64,000 nucleotides of DNA from the human T2T-CHM13v2.0 reference genome, Homo sapiens, in the NCBI RefSeq assembly GCF_009914755.1, contig NC_060934.1; one strand, written 5' to 3'. The notes under the pieces were generated by a model. That model did not search any database. It was not told the DNA's origin and worked only from the letters and a program-made list of their open reading frames with translations. The position numbers and the translations under genes are program-made. Shown piece after piece: positions 1 to 17,974 of this stretch (position 1 is the first letter of the stretch; each line of letters opens with the position of its first letter).

Positions 1-117
1 GTGGCTCACACCTGTCATCCTAGCATTTTGGGAGGCCAAGGCAGGAGGAGCCCTTAAGCCCAGGAGTTTGAGACCAGCCTGGGCAATATAGGGAGACACT
101 GTCTCAAAAAAAAATTT
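1..117 (+). mobile_element. Alu left arm/monomer cut by the window edge, followed by (TA)n(CA)n to ~162
   Basis: GTGGCTCACACCTGT...GAGACCAGCCTGGGC plus A tail. Confidence 0.85.
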
Positions 118-119
118 AC

Positions 120-154
<35 letters not shown>

Positions 155-1122
155 TATATATATTTTCACATTGTTGTGAAACAGGCTCCAGAACTTTCTC
201 TTGCAATTCTGAAACTATATACCCATTAAACACCAATTCATATATTTACTTTTAAATGCCCACAGCATCTACAATAGTGCCTGATCCACAGTAGGTACTC
301 AATACTTATTTGCTCAATAAATAAATGAGGAATCCAAATGTGCCCTAATTCCCACCCATATATTGATCTCAGGTAAGGTCACAAACACAGTGGTTCTCAA
401 TCTGTTTTATACCTCAACAAACGTAAAAATGTGACACCTTCAAAACAAATGATGGCTCACAGCTTTAGTGATTTTCAGCCTGGAGGATGGGGAAGGATGT
501 CCTCCCAGGGAGTCATATCAGAATCTTGGGGGTAGCATGCCTTGAAAAATCCCCTGAGGAAGTGACGCTTGCCCCCTAGTTATTATAGTCAGCAAGATGA
601 AGGAAGAACTCAGCTCCTCCCTCCCTCTTCTCTTGTCTCTTCAGGAGTTTCCAATGCAGAGAATGGGGTGTTGGAGAGAGTGTCTCATGTGTAATCAGAG
701 CCACTCTCTCCAAGTCTGTTGTTTATCTGTTTCCCTGCACAAGCCAATGCCTAGTTCCTTTGGCAGTTCCCTGTGGGGCTGACCTACCCTTCACATCTGC
801 AGCTTCTTGGGGCTGGCACCAAGCTGCTATCGCTTAAGGCAGGCTGGAAGGGAGACAACTTCACCGTACTGTTGTCCAGTTCCTAGAGAGTGGTCCCACA
901 GCTGTGTTGCTTGGCCTTAGTGATATAGGATTTCATTTTCATGACCTTCTTTCCAAGGCACCAAGGCACAGTGGGGTGGGATGGTGATGCTGGTCAGTGA
1001 CGGTATCAGGTAAAACATCACCCTGCACTCTACCTGGCAGCATTACTTTCTAAATTCTCAAGTCTTCTGAGTCTGGTTCATCCTGCTGGATTTGTTCATC
1101 ACTGCTAATGATCTTTTCTTTC

Positions 1123-1432
<310 letters not shown>

Positions 1433-1475
1433 TGTTAGCTATTTCTTTTGACTTAAGGTGCTGTGAAAAAAATTA

Positions 1476-1935
<460 letters not shown>

Positions 1936-2449
1936 AATATCACTGGGCTGCATTTGGGTGTCAGACCTGCCCTCTGTAAACCCACCAGGTACTGTGCCTT
2001 TGCAGGAAATTTTCCCTTGTTGGTGGGAAGTTCTAACCTTATTTCAGCAGTTCAAGGTTGTTTACAATGTGATCAGAGGGTGTTAGGGAACCCATCGGGA
2101 CTGGGCATGGTGGTCCAGGCAGGGAAGGCAGAGCTTCACTGGCCAGGCCAGGCCAAGCCATCTCAGAAGGTCAGAGACAGAGGAGGGAATGGAGGCTGAG
2201 GACCGAGGGGCCCCTCTTTGTGTCTATGCTCTGTATCTCCCGCCGAGCGGCACCAGGTAGGCGGAGTCTCTTTCCCCAACTCGATCCCCGAGGACCTGCT
2301 CCAAGCTGTGACTACTGGAAGCTACTGTGGGTCTGCTGGAAGGGAAGGATGTGCTATCTCTCTCCGCCACTGGAGACCTCGGGGCCTTCAAGCGCCTCAT
2401 CCAGGAGAAGGAGGGGAGTGGGCACCGCTGGGGCTCCACGCAGGTCCAC

Positions 2450-4090
2450 ACCCCTCCCTCTTTCCTGCCGGCATCCTCAGGTGACTGGCAGGCGCCGTCC
2501 CGGCTCAAAGACCGCAGAGCCCGCGGGTCCCCAGCTCATACATTAAATATGTGGAGGCGTTGGGACTGCGTGCCACAAACATGAAGACAAATTTTTAATC
2601 CCGAGCAAGAACATGCTGGGAGATGGGGGGCGCAGGAGAAAAATGAATTAGGTTTTTATTATGTGTTTTATTATGCTGTAATTGAACAGGATTAGGTGAG
2701 AATACAATATATTTCTGATGCAGCTGGAGGCGGGAGAGGGCGGGAGAGAAGCTGACAGCAAACGGGAGACAGCCAAACCCGCAGAGAAGCCCGGTCTCCG
2801 GGAGGCAGCGGGTCCCAGCGGAGGGCCATGGAGTGGCGCCAGCGCGGCTGGGTGGGACCACCTCTTCTTTCCCAGCAGTCTGGGCCAGGATGGGGGCGAG
2901 GGTGGTGGTGACTGCATTGAAAGGACGGGGTTAGGGACAGGTCCCACTAGCTTATGCTGGAGGAGGGGACGGGCTTGGGAGTTGGAGGGCTGGGGAGCTT
3001 GAAAACCCGCCTCAGAGGGGAAACTGAGTCACAGAGAAGGAACGGGAGCGGCAGTAAAAAGACAGGACGCTCTTGATCACTGGGGTCCGGAGGTCCCGAA
3101 ATTCTCACTTGACCCTAACATCTCTCCCCTGCACACGTGAGGCACAGGCCTTGCAGGTCAGCAAACATTTCGGAGCACCCAATTTGTGTCTGGTCCTCGC
3201 TTATTGCAGGACGACCCGGGTTATCGGACACCCCCCCTTCCCACCCCAATCCCACCCAACTCCTGTCACCTTAGAAAAGATCCATATCTAGGCAGGCCTA
3301 ACTCAGCATCCTACCCCAGCACTGCGCCTTCAGAAGGCCCCCTCAGGTAAAGGGCGCCCAGGTGAGCTCCCCCACTCCACACACCCAAAGCTGGACTGTC
3401 GGGGCGGACGAACCTACCTCTCACCCCTGGAACCGCCTCCCTCCCCCGGCTTCCCTCTCCGTCCGCCCCAGCCCGGGCAGCTTCATTAAGGGCCTCCGCC
3501 AGCTCTGCAGCTCACCTGCTGCAGCGCCCCTCGCGCTCCGCAAGGGACCGGCTCCTGGCGGTGATGAAGAGGCCCATTAACCACTTCTACCTTTAGGGCG
3601 GACTGGGCCGCACTCCCCGCCTCCCAACCAGGACATTAGAAACCGTCAACCAAGATTAATAGTTGCCCGGCTCCGGGGCAGGGAGATGAGCCCAGATACT
3701 GCGGCGGCGGCGCTCGCTTCGCGCGAGCCAACCCGGCACGGGCTGGGCGCACCACCTGCCGCTGCTGTCGCTCCACTCCGCCTTCCTTTCTTCTCCTCCT
3801 ACCACTCGCCCGCGCACCTGAGGCTCTCAGGTGAGTCCAGCAATGGGATTGCGAGCGTCAGTGTTCTCTGCTGCGTCGCCGACCTGGGCGCGCTCGAAGG
3901 CAAGTCTTGGCACTTCGGGGAAGAAGGGCTCGCCCTCTCCAGGAGACTCCTCCAGCTTTCCTGCTGCCTCGATTTAAGGACTTCCAACCTTAAATGATGG
4001 CCGACCATCGCTTTTTTGGACAGGCTTCCTTGGCCCCCGCCCTCCCTCAATTCAGTTCTCTTATTCTCTCTCCGTGCGCCCCGTCATACT
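2450..4090. promoter_or_regulatory. Orphan CpG-rich region
   Basis: CpG-rich blocks at ~2490-2900 and ~3400-4090 with no associated known CDS. Confidence 0.65.
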
Positions 4091-4980
4091 TTTCAGCATA
4101 CCTACCGTATTTGTGCTTTTGCCTTTATTTGTGCGGCAATTATTGGGCGATTATATCATTGATGTCTGGCTCCCTCACTGGACTGTGGGTTCCAGGGGGA
4201 AGACGCCGCAGTTTTGCTCACCAGGGGCTCCGATGTGCATTCAGTAATTGTGTGTTGAATGAATGAGTGGGCAACAGGCTTGTCCCCGGTTTGTTTATTG
4301 GAATATCTGCTTCCTGTGCAAGCCTCCTGGCTGCTTAAACTTCCTCACAGCACCTGCACTCTTTCTCCTGACTCCTATTATAATTGTAACACTGATTTCC
4401 ATGATGTCAGTTCAGCGTCTTCTCCCCCTTGGGACCATGAGCTCCTGAGGCAGGTGGAGCAGAGCACACAGCCGCCTCCCCAGTGCCTGCCAGCAGGGAA
4501 CTAGGCACTTGGACTGGAGCCTTGGGGCTCTTCTGGCCCCATTCTTTTGAGGACTCTGTGGTCTGGAGAGGCAGAGTGACTTGCAGGAGGTCACATAGCC
4601 AGTTAGAAGCAAAGCCAGGATGAAAACTTTCCTCTTCGACACTGTGATTTTTCTACAAAGATCACACCATCAGGGACCCCAAGGAAGCCCCTTCTGACTT
4701 CTGAAGTTGCTGGGCTTTGGGGAGCCTGTGGGGTTGTCCTAGGAATCTCTTCCTTTGGCGATGATGGTGACCCAGAACTCAACCTCTCCTGGGAGGTAAA
4801 GGAGTTCGGGGCGCAGGGGTGCCCTGTACTGTGTGTCAACAGGGGCAAATTCTTTCAATTACATCTCAACTCCAGTTTCTCTTCTTTGGATGTAAAACCA
4901 CAGAAGTCCTCTTTCTCCAATCTCGGAGAGAGGTGAACTGTCTCTGGTTTCCCTCCCTCCCCACCATTAGAAGAAATGTG

Positions 4981-5370
<390 letters not shown>

Positions 5371-5499
5371 TCATCACACCCCTGGTGTCACCTCTCTAGA
5401 ACCCACTTACTCTAGGGGGGAGGGGTGGAATGGGTTTGGGGATGGGGGCAAGATCGATACATCACTGGGTTTTGATGACCGCAGGCTTTCACCTTGCAG

Positions 5500-5950
5500 A
5501 TAATGGGGTGAGCGGCGGTAAACTCTCCCCGACTGAGCGGGCTCCCCCGGCCTTAATGAGATAATCAATACTTGTTCTCGGCTTAATTTCCATCTAATTG
5601 CTCTTTAACGACGCCGGATAATGGGCCGCCTCCTGTGAGGAGGGAGCTGGCTGGGAATCCGACCCGCCTCGGACTCCCGCCTTTCCTCCCCCGGGCAGGA
5701 TGCCCTCGCGCAGGTGGGAAGGGGGCGCACCGCGTTCTCTGCGTAGCCGGAGCTCCCTTCGCCCGCCCGCCTGCCCCGCGCCGCCACCTGCCTGCAGCGC
5801 TCTCGGCCCCCACCGGGGGGCGCTTCAGACTTTGGTTGCAGGATCCTGGCCAAGGCTCCGTTTCAGGTTCGGGCCACCCCCAACCTTATGGGCTGTGGAA
5901 CCGCGCGCCTCTGGACAAGCCCTTTTCTCTTCTCACGTCCCACCTCGATG
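5500..5950. promoter_or_regulatory. Small orphan CpG island
   Basis: CpG-dense; homeodomain-type TAAT cluster at 5553-5622; CTCF-like CCACCGGGGGGCGC at 5810-5823. Confidence 0.65.
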
Positions 5951-6579
5951 CACTGCCCTGGGAGGGGGCCCCAAGACCTTAGGTAAGTTGCTGTGTTTCT
6001 GCACCTAAGGAGGACTCCATTTTTCCCCCTGTAAGGTTGCTGGGCTGTTTCCTGTAAAGGAACCTGGCTGGTCACCACAGACCACTCAGGCAAGGAGAGG
6101 GGAACAAGAACGAGGAAGACTAGGCCCCGGGGCTCAGAGAGCCTCCTGATTCCCATTAACCTCACTCCCCCGCTCCAACCACCGAGTCAGTTAGGTTCCT
6201 GCGAACGCCAGCAGCTCAGTCATCAGCGCTCGCTTCTCTCACTTCCCACCTGCCTATCTCAGCAGGAGGAACACCTGGAGGTTCTCCCCAGGGACTCTCA
6301 GACAGCCTGGCCTCCTCTCTCCTCCCCCCACCTCATCTTTCTTGTCTTCTCTTGAGGCCAACCCTGAAGCACTTTGGCCTCAGGTGCCCAGATGCTGTGA
6401 CCTGCGATTTCCCCATCATCTCCCTACCTCCTGATCTCCTGCCACCTGGGCACACACTCGCCTGCATTTCCACAGCTTGTCCCCTGAATATGGGGTATTT
6501 ACATTTATAAAACACTTGCTGCTATTCTGGCTCCAGCTGCAATGAAGTTAGGCTGGCAAAGATACTCTAATAGTGGCAG

Positions 6580-6805
6580 GATAGTGTGATGTTAGAATCA
6601 TGCCTTGGACCTAGGCAGCCCCAGGTTCAAGTCTTAGCTCTGTTGCTTACTGGCCAGTGACACTGGGCAAACTTTCCTACAGGTCTGAAACTCAGCTTTC
6701 TCTTCTAATAATCCTACCCTACACGGTTTTGTAAGTCTGAAACAAGTTAACATATGCAAGTTGTTTGCCATAGGGCCTGGCGCACTGATAAATGATAGCT
6801 ATTAT
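6580..6805. mobile_element. MIR
   Basis: ggttcaagtcttagctctg...gtgacactgggcaa...ctcagctttctc MIR core. Confidence 0.65.
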
Positions 6806-6834
6806 TGTTATTGTTATCATCTTTATTATAATTA

Positions 6835-7144
<310 letters not shown>

Positions 7145-7849
7145 TAGAGCTGAAGGAACCATCTAGTTCAAGGAACATGAACTCAAAGGCTATGTCAGGA
7201 ATCTTAAATAAGGGAAGCACACTAGGTTGGGATTGTGTTGAGCTGGAGAGGGCTAGTCCTGTTTAAAACGGCAGCCAGTACTCACCTTCAATTGTTGCTG
7301 GGTAGACCAGATTCCCCACTGTTTGTTGTTTGTTTTCAAAACAATCTGGCAACATCAGCAGCTTGGATATCATCTCTGGCCTTTCTTACCTTACCCCTCC
7401 CACCTCTCTATCCTAGCACTAGGAGCAGCTGGGGGTTCTCCTCAAAGCCTCTCTGAACATCCTGGCCTGAAAATTCTGGCCCCAAATTCTGGACTTTTAT
7501 ATAAAATGTCTCAACGTTTGAGTAGAAACTTAAAAACACCATGCCAAATATGACATGCCTTAAGTCCAAATTCACCCTTGTTTCTCAGAAGAAACCTTGG
7601 TTCAGATGGGTCTCAGCTGCTGGCAAAGCTGAGACTGAAAGCCTCGATTCTAAGTCAAAATAAAAACTTCTGGGAGGCCCTTCCTAGGCTGTGGGGCCTC
7701 TAGCTGCCACCTACCATAGATGCTGCCCGTCACAGGCAGTGCCCAGTGGCTGAGCTATTGTTTGCACTTGGCAGCTCCAGAAGCATAAGACCTGGGTCAC
7801 AGCAGCTTTGTCTCTTGTGATGCAGCCACACTTTCAAAAATGTTAGGCC

Positions 7850-8566
<717 letters not shown>

Positions 8567-8659
8567 TTAATTCTACTCAACAGATTTCCCATCTGTATCC
8601 CCCACACTGGGGGACAGATCCAGCAGGTTTGTTGGGAAGTTCTCCTGATTGCCACTTTT

Positions 8660-8940
8660 TTGTTTTGTTTTTGGAGACGGGGTCTTGCTTTGTCGCCCAG
8701 GCTGGAGTGCAGTGGCACAATCGTGGTTCACTGCAGCCTTGAACTCCTGGGCTCAAGCAATCCTCCCACCTCAGCCTCCCAAGTAGCTGTGACTATAGGT
8801 GCAGGCCACCATGCTAAGCTATTTGGGGAGGGGGGTAGAGGCAGGGTATCCTTATGTGCCCAAGGCACCTGGCCTCAAGTGATCCTCTTGCCTTGGCCTC
8901 CCAAAGCACTAGGATTACAGGCATGAGCCACTGCTCCTGG
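8660..8940 (-). mobile_element. AluJ
   Basis: Dimer with a degenerate linker. Confidence 0.85.
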
Positions 8941-9334
8941 TCCTGTGATTGTGACATTTTGCTACCTCTCTTCTTGTATCTTACCCTTGGGGAAAATGAT
9001 AGAAAAGGCACAAAAAATTCTGGATTTTGGCAGGCTGAGTATGTTGACATGGAATGCTTATGAACTTTTATACATGCACAGCATTCTATGAATCATATTC
9101 TGATGCTCTGCTGGGACCTGAGATTCTCCATGTGGTTTGGTTGCTTAAAAGCCAAGTAGTTCCTAGCTAATTAGTCCTTTTTATTTCCCATCAGCCCTGA
9201 GAAAGCCCCCACTGTTTCTTGCTTGGAGTTCTGAGCATACACTTGTCAGGCTCTTCCTTAGTTTCAGTGAACTGGTCAGCTGAGGGGAGTCCCAACACTC
9301 CACAGAAGCCAACACTAGACTCTGTTATTTCTCA

Positions 9335-9915
<581 letters not shown>

Positions 9916-10039
9916 GAAGGAAATAAAGTGGGATGTCAGCAAAGATATTGTCACAATGTGGTTTTGGGGTCTAAGATCTCCCCCTGGTCCCTGTGGTCTT
10001 GATGGGGCACTCAGGAAGATGGCCTCCTCCCTTTACAGG

Positions 10040-10520
10040 GGTTGTCTTAATTTTGATTTCCCAGAAAGCAGATCCCAAGGCAAGGATTTTGGTACAAGTA
10101 GTTTATTTGGGAGTTTATCCCAGAAAACACAGTGAGGGGGAAGGGAAGTCAGAGAGAGGAGGAAAACCAAATAAAGGATGCATTAATGAGCAGGTTACCA
10201 CTGAGGACAACTGTGACTCAGTCTCTCTAAGCCTTCTGCAAAACTGTGGAGAACACACCTCAAAATTATCCCACTGAAGGGTAAGGAACAGGATTATCTG
10301 TCCTCTATTGTTTTTCCTCACCGGATGTGGCTTGCTCCTGAGTTGTTACCTCCACAGCATTTCCAGCCTGCCCTGCATGTCAGCCAAGCTGACTCTAGGG
10401 GCTAAAGAACTCCCTCCGACAGACAGACACACCGGGTCATAAAGGAACTATCTGCAGGTAACCTTTGGAGTGAGCCAAGGGTATATGAGTGAGGTACTGA
10501 CTGCATCTGCTATGGGGTTT
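10040..10520. mobile_element. Old ERVL/MaLR-type solo LTR
   Basis: tgtctta...cagaaagcagatccc...caagtagtttatttgggag pattern recalled from ERVL-class LTRs; subfamily not assigned. Confidence 0.55.
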
Positions 10521-11014
10521 GTGGTCCAGGGTGGTGGCTCCTGGGCCATGTGGTGAATTATTGTTGAGCACATCACCTAAACAGAGTCAATAAAAGGTTT
10601 CCCTGAGATGTGATATACTGATACATTTTTCTGGGCGTCCTAAGTATGATGTAGCCGGGAGCTGTTTATGGACTTCTTCCCTGGCTGTGGAAGAAAATAC
10701 TAGAAGTGGTTGTAGACGAATCCATGGAGTGATGTTCAGGAGAGAGGTTTGGGCCAGAAATAGAAATCTGGAAGTCCGGCAGAAGGAACGAGGATGCTGT
10801 GGGGTGTCAGCAGAAAGTTATCTCACTGGCCTCACCTACAGAAAGTTGTCTTCAAGTAAAATTGGATGTAAGGGCAGAAACTTATCTTTCCTTCTGAGTG
10901 TGTCATAATGCAAAGTGAACTTCAACCAGTGACCCTGGGACTTTACCCATGTGCACAGCTCCCCCAACAGGTAGACGCACAGTGTGCAAATGTGTGAGAG
11001 TGGGTTTTTGTTGT

Positions 11015-11137
11015 TTTTATAGAGACGGGGTCTTGCTATTTCACTCAGGCTGGACTTGAACTCCTGGACTCAAGTGATCCTCCTGCCTCAGCCTCCTGAG
11101 TAGCTGGGACTATAGGCATGTGTCACCGCACCCAGCT
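11015..11137 (-). mobile_element. Alu monomer (FLAM-like)
   Basis: Single arm. Confidence 0.75.
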
Positions 11138-11787
11138 GTGTGTGTTTAGCTACCGTAACTAGCTGCCTTTCCTATCACTGACTTTTGATATAATAATTTT
11201 AAAGCTACTCATATATTAAATGACATTGTGTTTAGTACTATAGAGTCTACTAGCTTTTCCCTTGGCATCAGTTTTACCCTGTCATACCCCTGAAGACCCA
11301 TTTACTCACCTCATGGTCACACAACTCTACACATGCAATAAAATTTCAATTATACACACACACGTAATATCAAACCAGTGATATCCAAATAAGGTCCATT
11401 GTTTAGCTAATAGTACTGTATAAATTTCAATTTCCTGGTTTTGATAATTATATCATGGTTATATAAGATATTATGTTATCACCAGGGTAGGCTAGGTGAC
11501 AGGTACATGGGAAATTTCTTTGCTATTTTCACAACTTCTATCCAAGTCTAAAATTCAAAATAAAAGGTTTTTAAAAAAATATCCAAGAGAGGAAATCCTT
11601 GCAGAACTGGCCATTTAAAAATTTTAGGCTCTAAAATTTTTACCTAATGGCTAAAATTTAAAAGAACAACAACAATACCAACTCTTGGCAAGGATGTGGC
11701 ATAATGAAAACTCATCAACTGCTGAAGACTATATAAATTCATACATCACACTGGAAAAAGTGTATGGTAATATCTACTAATGTTGAT

Positions 11788-12012
11788 AATCCCAGCATTT
11801 TGGGAGGCTGAGGTGGGAGGATTGCTTAAGCCGAGGAGTTTGGGACTAGCCCAGATAGAGTGAGACCCTGTGAGAAAGAAAAGAAAAAAAAAGAAAGAAA
11901 AGAAGGAAAGAAAGAAAAGAAAAGGAAAGAAAGAAAAGGAAGGAAGGAAGGAAGGAAAGGAAGGAAGGAAAGGAGGAAGGAAGGAAGGAAAGAAGGAAGG
12001 AAGGAAAAGAAA
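11788..12012 (+). repeat. Short Alu monomer whose tail has become a (GAAA)n/(GGAA)n microsatellite
   Basis: TSD atctactaatgttga at ~11772 and ~12013. Confidence 0.85.
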
Positions 12013-12131
12013 ATCTACTAATGTTGAATATGCATATCACATGAAGCAGTAATTCCAATCCTAGGCATGTCCCAATTTCTATAAATGTCAAAACCAGGTA
12101 AACTTAAAGTATAGAGTTAAAGGTGGTTATT

Positions 12132-12464
<333 letters not shown>

Positions 12465-12649
12465 CTAGGGAGAAGAGGAGGGAAAATTATCGGGGAGGGG
12501 CATGATGGGGGCTTCTGAGGGTGTTGGCAATGTTCTGTTTCTTGACCTGGATAATCACAAGTGTTCATTTAGTAATAATTAATTTAACCATATATCTACT
12601 TTGTGCACTTTTCTGCTTGTCTATTATACTTCATAATGAAATTAAGTTA

Positions 12650-13174
<525 letters not shown>

Positions 13175-13309
13175 TTAGATGTCCTGAAGCTTATTCAACT
13201 TGCCTTAATGCCTAGGTATTCCAGAAAGCCAGTTCCTGGCTATTCCAGTCTTCATTTTGTAACACTACTTATAGCTGAATTATGTTTTCCTTTTTCTTTT
13301 CTTTTCTTG

Positions 13310-13597
13310 TTTTTTTTGAGATGGAGTTTTGCTCTGTCACCTAGGTTGGCGTGGTGGCGCGATCTCGGTTCACTGCAACCTCCGCCTCCTGGGTTCAAGC
13401 GATTCTACTGTCTCAGCCTCCCAAGTAGCTGGGATTATACGCATGCGCCACCATAACCAGCTAATTTTTGTATTTTTAATAGAGATGGGGTTTTGCCATG
13501 TTGGCCAGGCTGGTCTCGAACTCCTGACCTCAGGTGATCCGCCCACCTTGGTCTCCCAAAGGGCTGGGATTACAGGCATGAACCACTGTGCCCAGCC
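13310..13597 (-). mobile_element. AluS
   Basis: Full dimer. Confidence 0.9.
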
Positions 13598-13674
13598 AAT
13601 CTTTTTACCTGGCCACCCCAGCTTTGCTACATTTATCTTGACATTCTAATTTACCTATAAAAATAGCCTCTACT

Positions 13675-13930
<256 letters not shown>

Positions 13931-14404
13931 AAAATAACTTATAAAGCAGTAGTGAGTATTACACTCAACCATTAGCCTCATTCCAAATTCTCTTAGGATG
14001 TTTATTGATGATATAGATGATAAATACACATACAGTTGTGATCAGTATCCATATACTTCTTCTTTTCTCTTAACCTTATTTTTCCATACATACTTTTCAC
14101 TTTGTTTCCTACATACATTATTTTGAGTTTACCTATTTGTCATAGTTGGTAGCTACAAAGTATTCCATTTTAATTATCTATGTTGAGGTTTTTTTTTTAA
14201 TCAACCAATTCTAATATTCACAGGAAGCACAATTTCTCCATATCCGTCTTTAATAGGTCAGTATGGACCATTTGTTTCATTCCTGCTTCTTCCTCAAAGT
14301 TGCAACTCTACTATTTTCACCAGCTGTGTCAAAACAGGGTTTGTGAAGTGACAGGTTGAAATATGTGGATCATTTGAAGTAATTTCTTTTCTTTACCAAA
14401 TTAA

Positions 14405-14900
<496 letters not shown>

Positions 14901-15534
14901 TCATCATTCTGTCATTATACTTCAGTTATTTCATGTGTCAGTGACTGAAAGTGAACGTATGATAATCTTGTGAACACAGGGCTTCACAGTGGAAAGAAAA
15001 CTACATTCTATACCTCATTCCTTCTTCAATACAAGCATCTGCAGGAAAAGGGGAAAAAAGAGGCGGGACCATCTATTATTCAACAAATTTCAACTTCACC
15101 CTGCCCATCTGGATCTAGTCTCCCTCATTAAATGCAAAGGATGCTGCCACCTGGCTCCTCTCCCTAGCAGTATTCACATCATCTAGGCTAGAAAATCCCT
15201 TCCCTTTGGCCTGTTTTGCACAAAACCGAGTAAACATTTTCAAAGTATATATACGCAAAATCATTTGCTATCTCTTTACTATGTATGATGCGCATAGGTG
15301 TTACTGAATATTTTGGAGCCTTGATGGATAAAGTATGGGATGTTGAGGATCGGGGAATGTATCTAAACTTTCAAGTTGTGTCCTATTCAAAAAACTCCCT
15401 TCTAAAAGCATTTTTACGGTATGTAGGGTTTTAATGTAACAAAATCTCTACTTAATAACAGCGGATCCCCTTTTATTATCTTTGTGCCTACCTGGATGCA
15501 CGGTTCCAGCATGTTCTCGTCACGAACCACAAGC

Positions 15535-15548
15535 CCACCAGAGGGCGC
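15535..15548 (+). promoter_or_regulatory. CTCF core motif CCACCAGAGGGCGC
   Basis: Matches consensus CCASYAGRKGGCRS. Confidence 0.7.
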
Positions 15549-16619
15549 TGGTTCCCCGTCTACCTACTGTTCTCCATCAGCGACTCAGAAAATCCAGGTT
15601 AAACACTCAGGCAGTCTTTCACATTTAATCCACAAATATTTACCGAGAATTTGACGTGCCACCAGGCGCGGGGCTAGGTTCACAAGATACAGTAGTGAGT
15701 TAGGCACGATTCCTACTACCAGAAGCTTAGAGCATAGGGAAGACTAAAAGTAAGCCACCGTCTACAATAGTAGGATAAGTGGAGAGTTTCTAGGTCCGTG
15801 GAGTTTGTTGTTGAATATCTGCTCCAGGCCTTAGAAGCCGGCAGCAATTCACTAAAAGATCCCGGACTTGTCTGCTCTGTATCCCAGCCAAGGAGCTCCG
15901 TCCCCAAGGTGTTTTGTTAGAGTCAGAGACCTCTCCTTGGGTGATTCCATTCGTCAGCCCCACAAGTCCCCGTCTCTGGCCTTTTTCAGGGTCTCCGGCA
16001 GCTCTCTGACAGTTCCCCTTCTGTCTCAGGTCGACACTTATTCCAAGGACCAGGGATTACTCACAACTATCCGCCAGAGTTTGCTCCGCCCTTTCTTTTT
16101 CCTGTTTAAAATCCGCGGGCTCTTAGTGTTCTCGGTTCCTAGATTTCCTGTTCTGATTCTCGCGACAGTTGCGAGGCCTCGCGTGAAGTTCCCTTCTAGT
16201 CCCTATTTCGAATTTGAGACCGGGAGAGAGTGTCTGCCCTTGCCCACCTCCTCAGAACCCCTCTGGCCAGGGATGGCGCCTACGTGGCTCGGGAGCCCCT
16301 GAATGAATGGGCTTGGCCCAACTTAGGGGCGCATTCCGACGGGAGAGTCCTGGCTGTATTCCGAGGCTCCAGTGCGCATGCGGAGTCGATCCCGCGCAGG
16401 CGGGCGGGGACGGCAGCCGGGTCTTGTGGGCGGAGCCTGACTAAGTGCCGCCCCCTTGCCGGCTGCAGATTGCTATTTCTGCCCCCCACCCTCGCCCATC
16501 CCCCCGCGAGCTGGACTGCGCCAAGGCTTCTGTGAGCCGCTTGGGGCCGGCCGGGGCGGGGCCTGCCCGACCCGGGTTTGGCTGGCGGGCCCCTAGGAAT
16601 GCTCTCCTCCCCGCCCCCG

Positions 16620-17497
16620 GCCCAAAGTGCCACGGTGGCGGTGGTGGCGGCCGCGAGGCCGAGTGTCTCCGGCCCTGCCAGCCTCGCAACCGTAACCTGT
16701 AATCCCGACCCGAGGGACGCCCGCCGGGGAGGCGCCAGCCCGCCTCTCCCTGCGGCCGCTGGTCGGCTCCGACCTCGAATCACCCGGCTCACCCGCGGGT
16801 CGCAGCACCTGCCGGATGTGGGGAGGAAGAAGGAGGCCAGATGAGGGAAGGCGGATGTAGGCGCCCAGTCTGTCCGCGCCTTGGTGGGGCAGCTGGGTGG
16901 GCAAGCCTGCGGTCGCTCCCGGGAACCAGCCCTGGGCTGCGGGGAGACGAAGGTGGTTGGTCCTGCCCTCCAGGAGCGCCCCGACATCGACGTAAAATGA
17001 CTTGGCACCAGAGCTCCTGCCGCCTCCCCCTTATGCAGCTGCCCTCGCCGACGCCAGGGACTGTAAAATCAGATGGGACAGGGCCTAGCCGTTCAGCCAA
17101 CACTTTGAGCTTCCCAGCCAAACTCCTACCCCCACTCCCCGCCTCCGGTCCTCACCCCCTTCCTCTCTCCCAGCCTCGGTGTCTGGTTACGGCTCCTCTG
17201 CTCGCATTGTGACTTTGGGCCAGGCTGGGGGAAATGACCCGGGAGGGTCCCATGCGGCTACATAAAATTGGCAGCCTTAGAACTAGTGGGAAGGCGGGTG
17301 CGCGAAGTCGAGGGGCGGAGAGAGGGGGCCGGAGGAGCTGCTTTCTGAATCCAAGTTCGTGGGCTCTCTCAGAAGTCCTCAGGACGGAGCAGAGGTGGCC
17401 GGCGGGCCCGGCTGACTGCGCCTCTGCTTTCTTTCCATAACCTTTTCTTTCGGACTCGAATCACGGCTGCTGCGAAGGGTCTAGTTCCGGACACTAG
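16620..17497 (+). other. KAZALD1: KAZALD1 non-coding first exon (5' boundary uncertain, TSS somewhere in ~16600-17230)
   Basis: Lies in the CpG island and ends at a consensus donor TAG|gtgagc (17497/17498), upstream of the exon-2 acceptor at 17923. Confidence 0.7.
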
Positions 17498-17974
17498 GTG
17501 AGCACTCTGTGCCCCAGGCCATAAGCGAGGCGGCATCAGCCCCCCCAGTTCTCACCCCCCATTAGCAGCTTCTTACTTCTGGAGCCACCCATTCTCTTTG
17601 GGCAAGGATGCTCAGGGGCCAGGGATCGGAGTCGGGTGGTGCACGGAAGTGGTGCTGGTGGTGGGTGTGCGTGCGCCTGAGCCTTATCACCCTTTCCTCA
17701 CCTCTCTTCACTCCCAGCCCTCCCAAGAACAGCCCAACTGATTGCTAACTGCCATAACTGGATAATCCCTAGAGGGTCACTAGGCCTGTGTGTTGGGGGA
17801 GGCTACTTGGTAGCAGGGGAGGGGGCGATGCTAGTGTCATGCTTTGGTACAAGAAGCAGTGAGGTTGGTCTTTCGGCACAGGCCCTGTTTCTGACCTCCT
17901 GACCTGGCTTCCCTTCCTGGCAGGGTGCCCGAACGCGCTGATGCCCCGAGTGCTCGCAGGGCTTCCCGCTAACC

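Noticed and set aside
16280-17008. 242-aa antisense ORF over the KAZALD1 promoter
   Set aside because: Low-complexity Arg/Pro/Ala/Gly peptide expected from a stop-poor CpG island; no domain.
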